Of a stretch of 64,000 nucleotides of DNA, positions 48,666 to 58,042 are shown piece after piece. A model generated the notes under the pieces. The model was not told where the DNA came from, made no database searches, and saw only the letters and a list, made by a program, of their open reading frames with translations. The position numbers were made by a program, and so were the translations under genes. The stretch lies in IMG/VR virus record IMGVR_UViG_3300002220_000771; one strand, written 5' to 3'. This DNA comes from an uncultured virus (IMG/VR IMGVR_UViG_3300002220_000771) (Duplodnaviria > Heunggongvirae > Uroviricota > Caudoviricetes). The first letter of the stretch is position 1. Each line of letters starts with the position of its first letter.

Positions 48666-49244
48666 ATGAATCTTTATAATAGACAACAATATATGAATTT
48701 AAATAAAAATATATCAATATTAGTTTGTGGTTGTGGTGGTATAGGATATTGGGTGGCTAAATTTGCAGCTATGTCCGGAATTGAAAAAATTTATTTATAT
48801 GATCCCGATGTAATTGAAGAACATAATTTAAATAGACTTGATTTACCATTAAATGCTATTGGAAAGAATAAGGCACAGATTACGGGAATTATTATTAATG
48901 AATTACGACCATTAATAAGTGTTTATACGTTTCCTTTTAAATATATTGAAACATCACCTGTAAAAGCAGATTGGTTTATTGATTGTACAGATGATTATAA
49001 ATCACAATTATATAATCAATCATCATCACGAAAGAATGGAATGAGATATGTTAAAGCAGGTTATAATGGTGAACATATTTCAATTAATGATGAAGTTGCA
49101 GAATGGGGAATAGAAACTGATGGATATACAATCATTCCATCTTGGGTTGTTCCCGCAACAGTAATAGCAGCACTTACAGTAGCCAAAGTAATGAAATATT
49201 ATGATTTTGAAATTTCAACACAAATTAAAAATATTTTTAATTAA
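48666..49244 (+). CDS. ThiF/E1-family adenylyltransferase
   Basis: GCGGIG, D.D.IE.HNLNR, G..KA, DCTD. Confidence 0.93.
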   Translation: MNLYNRQQYMNLNKNISILVCGCGGIGYWVAKFAAMSGIEKIYLYDPDVIEEHNLNRLDLPLNAIGKNKAQITGIIINELRPLISVYTFPFKYIETSPVKADWFIDCTDDYKSQLYNQSSSRKNGMRYVKAGYNGEHISINDEVAEWGIETDGYTIIPSWVVPATVIAALTVAKVMKYYDFEISTQIKNIFN

Positions 49245-49260
49245 TAAATGGAGAATATTA

Positions 49261-50088
49261 ATGAAAAAAGTTATAGATAAAAGATTGATAAAAGATTTTA
49301 ATTTTCAAAAGTATAAAGAAAAGGAAGAAACAAAAATATTTAATAATACTGAGCCTGATATTTGGACATCAAATATTAATATGATTACTGAATGTTCTAA
49401 AGCACCAGAATCTGTAAAGGTAAAAATTCATCGTCTTGTATCAGAAAAAATATCAATATTAATGGATTTATTTCCTACTACAGAATGGTTAGGGTATCTT
49501 ACTGGTATGAATGAAAATGATATTATTATTGTAAATGATATATTAATTCCTACACAGACTGCTAGTAGTGGTTCTGTTACAAATATTGATTTTTCAGTTC
49601 CTAATGGTATAAGTATAATAGGTGTAATACATTCTCATCATGGTATTGGGGCATTTTTTTCTGGAACAGATAATGAATGGATAAATCAAAATCATAATTT
49701 ATCTATTGTAGTATCTAAAGATAAAATGCTCGGACAAGTAAGATGGAAAACACCATGTAATGGATTAAAAATTATTAATGCAGATATTTCTATTGATTTT
49801 GGATTAAATTGGGATAGAGAAGGGTTTATTAAAAATACAAAAGAATTAATTACTCAACCAGTAAATAATTTTATAAGATGGTATGATATGGAAGAGCATA
49901 AGATAATACCATATGAAAAAAGAAAAGATATTCCAATTCCTAAAGAATTATGTGGTGTAAATAGAGATATTAAAATTATTTCCGATGATTATGGTATTTG
50001 TGAAGATCTTGAAGATAATTTAACATTTGAAGAGGAAATAAAAAGACTTGAAAGTGGTGGGATGTTATCAATTAAAAAATATGAATAA
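49261..50088 (+). CDS. JAB/MPN+ metallopeptidase (deconjugase)
   Basis: EWLGYL...HSHHGIGAFFSGTD (E..HxH-x7-S-xx-D). Confidence 0.92.
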   Translation: MKKVIDKRLIKDFNFQKYKEKEETKIFNNTEPDIWTSNINMITECSKAPESVKVKIHRLVSEKISILMDLFPTTEWLGYLTGMNENDIIIVNDILIPTQTASSGSVTNIDFSVPNGISIIGVIHSHHGIGAFFSGTDNEWINQNHNLSIVVSKDKMLGQVRWKTPCNGLKIINADISIDFGLNWDREGFIKNTKELITQPVNNFIRWYDMEEHKIIPYEKRKDIPIPKELCGVNRDIKIISDDYGICEDLEDNLTFEEEIKRLESGGMLSIKKYE

Positions 50089-50099
50089 AATTAATATAA

Positions 50100-50131
50100 A
50101 ATACCTTATAGCTTTATAAGGTATTTTTTTT
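50100..50131 (+). terminator. Intrinsic terminator closing the Ubl cassette
   Basis: AATACCTTATA-GCTT-TATAAGGTATT plus T run. Confidence 0.85.
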
Positions 50132-50199
50132 GCCTAAAACCTTTATATAAATATAAATACTTATGTTATTAGAATATTTTTATTTCTGGATATTATATT

Positions 50200-50261
50200 T
50201 TGTACATATCCTATCCTCCGGACGGCTGGTCCTATTATATCATATATTCAGAAATTGTAAA
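50200..50261 (-). repeat. About 61-bp promoter-containing dispersed element, copy 2
   Basis: Reverse complement of 5977-6037 with few changes. Confidence 0.9.
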
Positions 50262-50278
50262 TTAAAAAAGGAATATTT

Positions 50279-51028
50279 ATGAGATTAGAAAAAAATATTA
50301 ATGATAAGAACGTATTGTTATTAGAATCAATTCTCGATAGAGGTATCTTCAAGGCAGTTTTTCTTGGAGGAATTGCAGGAGCTGGAAAAAGTTATGTATC
50401 TAGTAGAGTGAAGTCTGGGTTGATTGAACCGAGAGTTGTGAATACTGATACATGGGTTGAATATTATATGCGTGTTAAAAAGGGATTGATTAAGTCAGAT
50501 CTTATTAATCCACATGATTTATGGTGTGATACATCTAAAAAATTAGTTTCAAGTCAATTAACACAATATTTAAATTCTATGTTACCACTTTTATGTGATC
50601 AAACATCAACAAGAGCATCAACCGTAGTACGAAGAAATGGTATTCTTGAAAGAATGGGTTATGATACAGCAATGATTTATGTGAATACAACACTAGAAAC
50701 AGCTATAGAAAGAGTTAATAGACGAGAAAGGAAGGTTCCAGTAGAACAGGTTATAGAATATTATGAAAATGCTAAAAAAATAAAACCATATTTAAAAGCT
50801 AAATTTCCTATATTTCTTGAAATAAAAAATGATGATGGTGAATTAACTGATGATGTTATTTTAAATGCATTTAAAAGAATGTTATTTTTTTATGATAATC
50901 CGGTTTCTAATCCGATAGGTGTTGATATTATGTATACAATGAAAGAAAAAGGTTGGAAATATTTGGCACCTAACATATATACTATGAGTGAAATAAAATC
51001 TATAGCAGGAGATTGGTATAGAAAATGA
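50279..51028 (+). CDS. P-loop kinase (zeta-toxin/AAA_33-like)
   Basis: KAVFLGGIAGAGKS; A.ER...R.R.V. Confidence 0.85.
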   Translation: MRLEKNINDKNVLLLESILDRGIFKAVFLGGIAGAGKSYVSSRVKSGLIEPRVVNTDTWVEYYMRVKKGLIKSDLINPHDLWCDTSKKLVSSQLTQYLNSMLPLLCDQTSTRASTVVRRNGILERMGYDTAMIYVNTTLETAIERVNRRERKVPVEQVIEYYENAKKIKPYLKAKFPIFLEIKNDDGELTDDVILNAFKRMLFFYDNPVSNPIGVDIMYTMKEKGWKYLAPNIYTMSEIKSIAGDWYRK

Positions 51029-51594
51029 GGTTAAAAAGTTATATAATAGAAAAAAAAATTATGCCTTATGAAGATGCTATAGATTTTATAGCAAATGAAG
51101 TAGATAAAAGCTTTATAAACGAACTTAAAAAAGCTGGTGATATGTTATATAGGGGGTATGAAAAAGTTATTAAAGATTATGAGGAAATTTATTCACGTGA
51201 TGATAGACTTCCAAAAGGTATGAATATAAAAGTGTTTAAAGAATTAAATAAATTTTTTAAAGAAAAATTTGGTTGGGAGGTAAGAGGAGGTGTGTTTACT
51301 ACTGGAAATATATTTGAAGTAGAAACACATGGATTGGAATATTTATTTTTTCCACTTGGTAAGTATAAATTTTGTTGGTCAGAAAAAATAGAGGATTTAA
51401 ATTATTATTTTTCTGATAATAATTTAGTGGGTGATAATATAGAATATTTTGATATAGTTGAATCTTATCGAGATGATAATTTATCAAGAGCTATTAAAAG
51501 TGGCTGTGAAATAAGTTTTAAATGTGTTTCATATGTTTTAGTATCATTGAAATATGAAGCAGATATTAAAAGAACATTTAGAATAGGAGTATAA
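51025..51594 (+). CDS. Putative ADP-ribosyltransferase-fold protein, paralog of 53149..54000
   Basis: LYRG..DRLPK..FGW..R.GVF.T..FP..WS..EI. Confidence 0.5.
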   Translation: MRLKSYIIEKKIMPYEDAIDFIANEVDKSFINELKKAGDMLYRGYEKVIKDYEEIYSRDDRLPKGMNIKVFKELNKFFKEKFGWEVRGGVFTTGNIFEVETHGLEYLFFPLGKYKFCWSEKIEDLNYYFSDNNLVGDNIEYFDIVESYRDDNLSRAIKSGCEISFKCVSYVLVSLKYEADIKRTFRIGV

Positions 51595-51597
51595 TAT

Positions 51598-51978
51598 ATG
51601 AGTAGAAAAATGAAACGATTTTTTGAAAAACCGTTAAGAAGGTCAGAAAATAATGATATTGATGAAATAGACGTATCTAAATATCTGATTGAGGGTATAA
51701 AAATTGATAATAATGATATGAGTATGGTAAATACTTATATTAAGAATCCGAAATTTGGTTCATTTGTTCTCAAATCATATGCTAATAATTATACTGAGGA
51801 TGAAAGAGAAGTTGATATCAATATTAGTAACGGAAGGAGAACAATAACATTTGAATTCAATAGAGATTTTGATGAATTTTTAATGGCAATAATAGATTAT
51901 TGTGATGAGAATGGATTGACATTCAAGGATGGCACAGAAAGAAATATAAACACAACATGGATAGCAGTGTATAGATAA
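51598..51978 (+). CDS. Hypothetical protein
   Basis: ORF with AGGAG RBS. Confidence 0.75.
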   Translation: MSRKMKRFFEKPLRRSENNDIDEIDVSKYLIEGIKIDNNDMSMVNTYIKNPKFGSFVLKSYANNYTEDEREVDINISNGRRTITFEFNRDFDEFLMAIIDYCDENGLTFKDGTERNINTTWIAVYR

Positions 51979-52704
51979 ATGAGACTTGAAGAATATAATA
52001 GAACATTATCAGTTACTTATGAAGAATATTGTATAGTTCTTGATAATCTATATATGGTAAATGATAGTATAGACTTATTGAAACCTTTACGTAATTTTTC
52101 AGAATTAATAAAGATAACAATATTAGAAATAGCTAAAAATTTTAAAGTTGGTATTGATGTTATTATAAAGGCTTTTAAAGATAGACATATATTTGGTATA
52201 TTAAAGGCATTTGGTTTTGATTTTATACTTATATTAAAGTCTATTAGATCATTTACTGGATTAATTTCTGGAGGATTAAGGGCCGTAGCAACAGAAATTG
52301 TAAAAACTGGAATAATAAAAGATATTAAAAATGGTGTGATAATACTTGATGATTTATTAGATAAACATCCAATATTGAAAAGATTAGTAGGTTTACCTTT
52401 AGCTGGATTATTATTTTATGTTTCTCTTCATATACCTTGTATTGGTGATTTGGATTTTGATTTTGATTTTCAAGAAGTACATGATGCTCTTAAAGGTCGT
52501 TATAAATTAGATGATTTATTTTTATCTACTGAAAGTTTCATTAATGCTATGTTATTAATAGCCGGTACATGGACTTCTATAAATTTTCCTTGGTTATCAA
52601 AAGATATTTATACGATTTTAGTAGGTATTATTTATACTGGTTTTAAAAATTCAGAATTATCTAATTTAGCTTTATTATTTGAACCTTTTATTGATTGGGT
52701 ATAA
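51979..52704 (+). CDS. Hydrophobic hypothetical protein
   Basis: ORF; several amphipathic/hydrophobic helices. Confidence 0.75.
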   Translation: MRLEEYNRTLSVTYEEYCIVLDNLYMVNDSIDLLKPLRNFSELIKITILEIAKNFKVGIDVIIKAFKDRHIFGILKAFGFDFILILKSIRSFTGLISGGLRAVATEIVKTGIIKDIKNGVIILDDLLDKHPILKRLVGLPLAGLLFYVSLHIPCIGDLDFDFDFQEVHDALKGRYKLDDLFLSTESFINAMLLIAGTWTSINFPWLSKDIYTILVGIIYTGFKNSELSNLALLFEPFIDWV

Positions 52705-52708
52705 AACT

Positions 52709-53146
52709 ATGAAATTATTAAACTTTTTAAAGGAAGAAAAGATTGTCAGTTGTGGATTGGTACTAACTGATAATATTAAATTTTTAGCAGTTCATCCGAC
52801 TTTTGGTACTAAATGGGATATTCCTAAAGGAATGCATGAAGGTGGAAGCTATATAGATACTGTTCTCAGAGAGGTTAGAGAAGAAGTTGGTATAGATTTT
52901 TCAAAATATAAAAGTAAAATAGAGTATAAAGGTAGATATAAGTATTCGGAATATAAAGACTTACAGATTTTTTTATTAGTAATTGATGACCTTCCCCAGA
53001 CTTCATTAATGAGTTGCTCATCAACATTTAATGCCGGTAATAATCGTAGATTACCTGAAGTAGATGATTATAAGTATTTAAAAATAGGAAACTTTTCATT
53101 TTTTAATTTTTCAATGAAAAAAATTTTAGAAGATGTTTTGAGGTAA
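52709..53146 (+). CDS. NUDIX hydrolase
   Basis: WDIPKG.....S...T.LREVREEVGI. Confidence 0.9.
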   Translation: MKLLNFLKEEKIVSCGLVLTDNIKFLAVHPTFGTKWDIPKGMHEGGSYIDTVLREVREEVGIDFSKYKSKIEYKGRYKYSEYKDLQIFLLVIDDLPQTSLMSCSSTFNAGNNRRLPEVDDYKYLKIGNFSFFNFSMKKILEDVLR

Positions 53147-53148
53147 GA

Positions 53149-54000
53149 GTGAGTAGATTAAAAGAATATCTTATAGAAAGTTCTGAACGGGATAAAGGGA
53201 TTTTAAGAAATATATCAAAAGAATGCTCAGAAATAATTGAAATTTATAGAGATATTGAAGTATATCTTTATAGAGGAATTAATAATATTAGTGGTGAAAT
53301 GGGTTTTCGTATACCGAGAAGGGATAGACTTCCTAAAGATACGCCTATAGAGATACAAGAGAAATTAGATATAGAATTTAAGAAAAAGTTTGGTTGGAAA
53401 GCTAGAAGTGAGGGGGTGTTTGTAACACCTAGATATAATACAGCATCAACATATGGTACTGGATATCCTGTTGTTGTGTTTCCAGTAAATGGTTTTAAAT
53501 ATTTATGGTCACCAGTTTATAAAGATTTATATGCTGATGAAATACAGCCATATATTGGTTCAGAAAGCGATTTGTATGGTGAATGGGAAGCAAAGTTTGG
53601 TGTTAATCGTAATGGTTCTTGGGAAGATGAAAATCATAAAAAATATAATAGTATAGAAGATATACCAAATTACCATAAACATGAACATCCTTATGACGGT
53701 ATTGCAGAGGTTGCCTTAGTAGATGATAATGGTATATCACTTATAAATGTTACGTGGATTCCAAGGATTTCTTGGGAGGAATATAATGAAAGAAAAATAA
53801 ATGATAATATAAAAAGTTGGGTAAGTACATATAAATATACTGATTTAATAAAGGCTATTAAACGTAATGAAAATGAAATAATGATAAAATGTGAAAAATA
53901 TTATTGGATGACAGTTGTAATGGTAGAAAAAAGTGGAATATGTAGTTATAAGTATAAAGATTCTGGATTAAATCCTAATCAATTATCTCTTGAATTTTAG
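53149..54000 (+). CDS. Putative ADP-ribosyltransferase-fold protein, paralog of 51025..51594
   Basis: LYRG..DRLPKD..FGW..RS.GVFVT..YG..FP..WS..EIM. Confidence 0.5.
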   Translation: MSRLKEYLIESSERDKGILRNISKECSEIIEIYRDIEVYLYRGINNISGEMGFRIPRRDRLPKDTPIEIQEKLDIEFKKKFGWKARSEGVFVTPRYNTASTYGTGYPVVVFPVNGFKYLWSPVYKDLYADEIQPYIGSESDLYGEWEAKFGVNRNGSWEDENHKKYNSIEDIPNYHKHEHPYDGIAEVALVDDNGISLINVTWIPRISWEEYNERKINDNIKSWVSTYKYTDLIKAIKRNENEIMIKCEKYYWMTVVMVEKSGICSYKYKDSGLNPNQLSLEF

Positions 54001-55396
54001 ATTCTTCTACGGTAAATCCTTCACTATCATAATATCTAATTCTTTTATCAGCATGATCTTTTAGGAATTTTACATTATCAACAATATCATATATTATACT
54101 TCCTTCGGTTTTATCTTCATGTATTCTAAGGCTTCTACCGATACTTTGCAAAATTCTAATTTTACTTTTGAATGGGCTTGCGAAAAGAATATATTTTAAG
54201 CTGGGAATATTGACACCGACACTAAGAATACCATAGGTTGCTATCAGAACAATGTTTTTTCTCTTTTCACATTCTTTTCTCCAGAATTCTCGTTCTTTTA
54301 CATCACTATCACCCCATAAGAATACAATTTCTTTATTGTTTAATTGTTTAGATTTATCAAAATAATCTTTTAGAATTTTACCTTCTTTTTCAACTTTCCC
54401 TACTAATATAAGAATATTACTATCTACTTGAAATGCAATATCTTCTAACAATTTCATTCTAAAGGAATTATTAAATATATCATCTTTAATTTCATTATAG
54501 TCACCTTCATATTCTTTATGATAATTAATTTGTATCATATTAACTTTACATTTACTAATATATCCTTTTTCAGCTAGTTCACCAGCACCATAATCTCTAA
54601 GAACAGGACCTAAAAAGGATTTAATGTTCCACATATCTAATTTAGAATTTGGAAGTGTTCCAGTAAATCCAATACGATAATTTGCATTTGAACATTTTTC
54701 TAGAATTTTCTTTACATCATGAGCACGAGCACTATGTACCTCATCACATATTACACAATCGTATAAGTGGAGTTTATCATGATTTCGGCTTAATGATTGC
54801 CATGTTGATATTACAATTTCTTTATTGAATTCTTTACTTTTAGCATGAACTTGCCCAATTTTATTTTTATTTATACCATAATCTATGAGGTCATTATAGA
54901 ATTGTTCGGTAAGTGAAATAGTAGGAACAATGATAAGAGAACGATTGATATTATTAGTTTCTTTAAGAATATTAATAATATAAGCAATAATAAGACTTTT
55001 TCCTGATGCCGTACTTGATCTTATAATACCTTTTTTGAATTTTAAAGATGCTTCAATACAATCCATTTGATAATCTCTAGGAATTTTACTTAAAGAGGGT
55101 TCTATATCATATTCACTTCCATTAAACATACTAGAAACATCTTTTGATATATTAAGTTTTTGAGTTGGATATTCTTTTTTAACAAATTTTATAAGATCTA
55201 TAAGAAGTCCATATGGTAGAGTATTATTATTTTTCATAACACATATTTTACCATTCCATTGACCTGCACGATAAGTAGGCATGTGTCTAAATCCATCAAC
55301 ATAATCTGTAAAATAATTTTTAAGATCACGTATAAAGAGGTAATCATCAGTGTCTATTTTTATATATAATTCACTATGTTTTGTTATTTCAATCAT
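53975..55396 (-). CDS. uvsW: UvsW-like SF2 DNA helicase
   Basis: RDYQ, TASGKS, STWQS, DEVH, GFTGT, QSIGRSLR. Confidence 0.93.
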   Translation of the reverse strand: MIEITKHSELYIKIDTDDYLFIRDLKNYFTDYVDGFRHMPTYRAGQWNGKICVMKNNNTLPYGLLIDLIKFVKKEYPTQKLNISKDVSSMFNGSEYDIEPSLSKIPRDYQMDCIEASLKFKKGIIRSSTASGKSLIIAYIINILKETNNINRSLIIVPTISLTEQFYNDLIDYGINKNKIGQVHAKSKEFNKEIVISTWQSLSRNHDKLHLYDCVICDEVHSARAHDVKKILEKCSNANYRIGFTGTLPNSKLDMWNIKSFLGPVLRDYGAGELAEKGYISKCKVNMIQINYHKEYEGDYNEIKDDIFNNSFRMKLLEDIAFQVDSNILILVGKVEKEGKILKDYFDKSKQLNNKEIVFLWGDSDVKEREFWRKECEKRKNIVLIATYGILSVGVNIPSLKYILFASPFKSKIRILQSIGRSLRIHEDKTEGSIIYDIVDNVKFLKDHADKRIRYYDSEGFTVEESKIQEIID

Positions 55397-55745
55397 TTAT
55401 TAATCTTTTATAAATATTTGATGTTAAATCTTTTGGTGATATATACCATTGGTTTATTAAATAATCAGCATATTTTACTAATTTTTTTTGATGATATATT
55501 TTTATATTACAATCATCTTTTGTTCTGTATTCAATATAATATGATATTGGTGAATATATTCGCCATTTTTCATTATTAGGAATGTAAGTATTTTCAATTA
55601 TTATATTATTAAATTCAATATATGGTCCTCGTTGTCCAATAACTATTCTGTTGTATCCATTAGCAATTTCTAATCCGGAAAATGTTGTAAATATTATTGT
55701 AAAATCGGGAGGATATATTGGATATTCTGGTAAAATTAGTTTCAT
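55389..55745 (-). CDS. Conserved hypothetical protein
   Basis: GYNRIVIGQRGPYIE..YHQKK.V.YADY. Confidence 0.75.
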   Translation of the reverse strand: MKLILPEYPIYPPDFTIIFTTFSGLEIANGYNRIVIGQRGPYIEFNNIIIENTYIPNNEKWRIYSPISYYIEYRTKDDCNIKIYHQKKLVKYADYLINQWYISPKDLTSNIYKRLIND

Positions 55746-56161
55746 CTTCCCATCTTTATATTATCATTGAAATTTTTCATATTCCATTGTACTTTATCTA
55801 TAGCTTTTACGCACATAGAAAAAAATTCTACACGCCATTGTTGTTGTCTAATGATTTTATTAATTTTTATTATTTTTTCATCTTTAGGAAGATAATATTT
55901 TTCAATTTCACTTTGTCTTAATTCTTTATCATAATTAAAACGGTAAAAATCATATCTCATACCAATAATTTTATCTTTAAGTGCCATAATTCTATTTAGT
56001 TCTTCTGCCTCTTTTTGATAAAGCTCCGTAAATTTAGTAAGTTGCCATGTGTTTTCCATAAGTTTTTCTGAAATATTGAATTCAGAAAATTTAACTATTT
56101 CGTCAATAGGAAACTGTTCTTTAAGTTCCATCCAAACATCATCCATTGTTTTTTCTGTCAT
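55742..56161 (-). CDS. uvsY: UvsY-like recombination mediator
   Basis: Helical 139-aa protein, Y..Y, YL..DE, W..KN; near uvsW. Confidence 0.75.
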   Translation of the reverse strand: MTEKTMDDVWMELKEQFPIDEIVKFSEFNISEKLMENTWQLTKFTELYQKEAEELNRIMALKDKIIGMRYDFYRFNYDKELRQSEIEKYYLPKDEKIIKINKIIRQQQWRVEFFSMCVKAIDKVQWNMKNFNDNIKMGR

Positions 56162-56293
56162 ATATTATTTCCTTATAATATGATTTTAAATTATTATAAC
56201 AAAATGTATGTTAGATGTAAATGAAAAATAATACTATTTACAATCAGTTTCACATAATGTATAATATTAATATTCAATTAGAAAGGAAATAAA

Positions 56294-56674
56294 ATGGATG
56301 TTTTTAGAGGTAAGAATATTGCATTTAAAATAGGCTCTAAGTGGTTTTTAGGAAAAGCTTTAAAGTCTTCATTTAAAAAAATAAAACAAGTTAAAAAATT
56401 GTCAGATGTTGAAAATATTAAAGAATTTATTACACTTAATCAATTTCTTAAAATTAATAATATAAGTTTAGAAGAAAAAGATAATATACTTAAAAAATAT
56501 AAAGTAGATAATATTTATATCTTAAATGAAACAGAAGAATTAATGCCAGAAAATGATATTAAAGCATTTGAAAAATGGTGGTGGTCAGTAATTAATAAAG
56601 ATTGTATTAAATGTAGTAAAATTTGTAAACAATCATCAAAAGTTGATATTATATCATGTCAAAGGACAAAATAA
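56294..56674 (+). CDS. Hypothetical protein with C-terminal Cys cluster
   Basis: CxxCxxxCKQS. Confidence 0.75.
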   Translation: MDVFRGKNIAFKIGSKWFLGKALKSSFKKIKQVKKLSDVENIKEFITLNQFLKINNISLEEKDNILKKYKVDNIYILNETEELMPENDIKAFEKWWWSVINKDCIKCSKICKQSSKVDIISCQRTK

Positions 56675-58021
56675 ATGGAACCAGAAGTAATAGAAAAAAT
56701 AATAATAAAATCAGCATTTATTGATAAAAAGTTTACAGCTCTTATTTCAAGTGTATTTGAAAAGGATTATTTTGATAATGATACTGCTGCAAATATATTT
56801 GAATTAATAAGCACACATTTTCAACAATATGGTAATATTATACCAAGAGATACTATAACTGTTGAGGATGCCAATGAATTTTTTCAAGAAATAGATGCTA
56901 TAGATTTTGATGTTTCAAAAAATTATAAATATTTGTTAAATGTTACTAATGAATATTTAAAAGAAAAAGCTGTAAAAAAAGCAATTTTAGAATCAGTAAC
57001 AGTAATAAATTCTAAAAAAGAAACCGTAAAAATAAAAAGTCTTATTGAAGAAGCATTATGTAAAGATTTGAATGTTGATTTAGGACTTGATTATTTTAAT
57101 ACATTGGGTGATAGATTACGAAAAATATTATCCGCTGAAACAATTAGAATACCAACTTATTTTCCACAATTTGATGAATTTATAAATGGGGGATTTCCAC
57201 CTTATACATTATCAATCATAACAGCAGCAATACATTCTCATAAATCTTCAACAATAGCAAATTTTTCAGCACGGCAAGTTTTACATGGTGAAAATGTTGC
57301 AATTTTGACACTAGAAATGTCAGAGGATGCATATGCACAAAGATATGATGCTATATTTTCTAAATTAGATATTAATAAATTATATTTAAAGTCATATATT
57401 TCAAAATTATCAAATTCATTAAAACAAATAAAAAATGATGAAAAAATAGGATCTTTATTTATAAAACAATTTCCCACAGGGCAGGGTACCATTATAGATT
57501 TTACAAGATATCTTAGAGAACTACGTATGAGAGATATTGTAATATCAATTATATATTGTGATTATATAAATCTTATGAAACCCTCGTATAAGACTAAATC
57601 TGATATGTATTCTGATGTGAAAAATATTGCAGAAGAATTAAGAGCATTATCATTTGAATTTAAAGCACCAGTTGTTTCAGTAACTCAATTAAATAGGGAA
57701 GGTTCACAATTATCGTTTAGTGATGTTGATTTTACATATACATCAGAATGTCTTGATCCATCAACATTAGTTAAACATGTATCCGGTGATATTAGAATTG
57801 ATGAATTAAAAATAGGTGATATGATACAAGGCAGTAGTGGGTTGGTAGAGGTTAAACGGGTTTTTGATAAAAAGATGAAACATAAATTTTTAATAAAAAC
57901 AAAAAATGGTAAAAAAATTATAGGTAGTAGAGACCATGTGTACCCTACATCACAGGGATTAAAATCCATTGAAAGTGGATTAAAAGTAGGTGATAAAATA
58001 CAAAGTTTTATAAATATATGA
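56675..58021 (+). CDS. dnaB: Replicative helicase gp41/DnaB N-fragment fused to a split intein N-half
   Basis: TLEM, DYINL, IAEELRAL, TQLNR; then TSE|CLDPSTLV (intein C1 at 57749) and SRDHVY. Confidence 0.93.
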   Translation: MEPEVIEKIIIKSAFIDKKFTALISSVFEKDYFDNDTAANIFELISTHFQQYGNIIPRDTITVEDANEFFQEIDAIDFDVSKNYKYLLNVTNEYLKEKAVKKAILESVTVINSKKETVKIKSLIEEALCKDLNVDLGLDYFNTLGDRLRKILSAETIRIPTYFPQFDEFINGGFPPYTLSIITAAIHSHKSSTIANFSARQVLHGENVAILTLEMSEDAYAQRYDAIFSKLDINKLYLKSYISKLSNSLKQIKNDEKIGSLFIKQFPTGQGTIIDFTRYLRELRMRDIVISIIYCDYINLMKPSYKTKSDMYSDVKNIAEELRALSFEFKAPVVSVTQLNREGSQLSFSDVDFTYTSECLDPSTLVKHVSGDIRIDELKIGDMIQGSSGLVEVKRVFDKKMKHKFLIKTKNGKKIIGSRDHVYPTSQGLKSIESGLKVGDKIQSFINI

Positions 58022-58042
58022 AAACAGTAGTCATAGATAAGG

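Noticed and set aside
48666..49244. ThiF as a thiamine/molybdopterin biosynthesis gene
   Set aside because: Context is Ubl, E2-like and JAB; no ThiG, MoaE or sulfurtransferase nearby.
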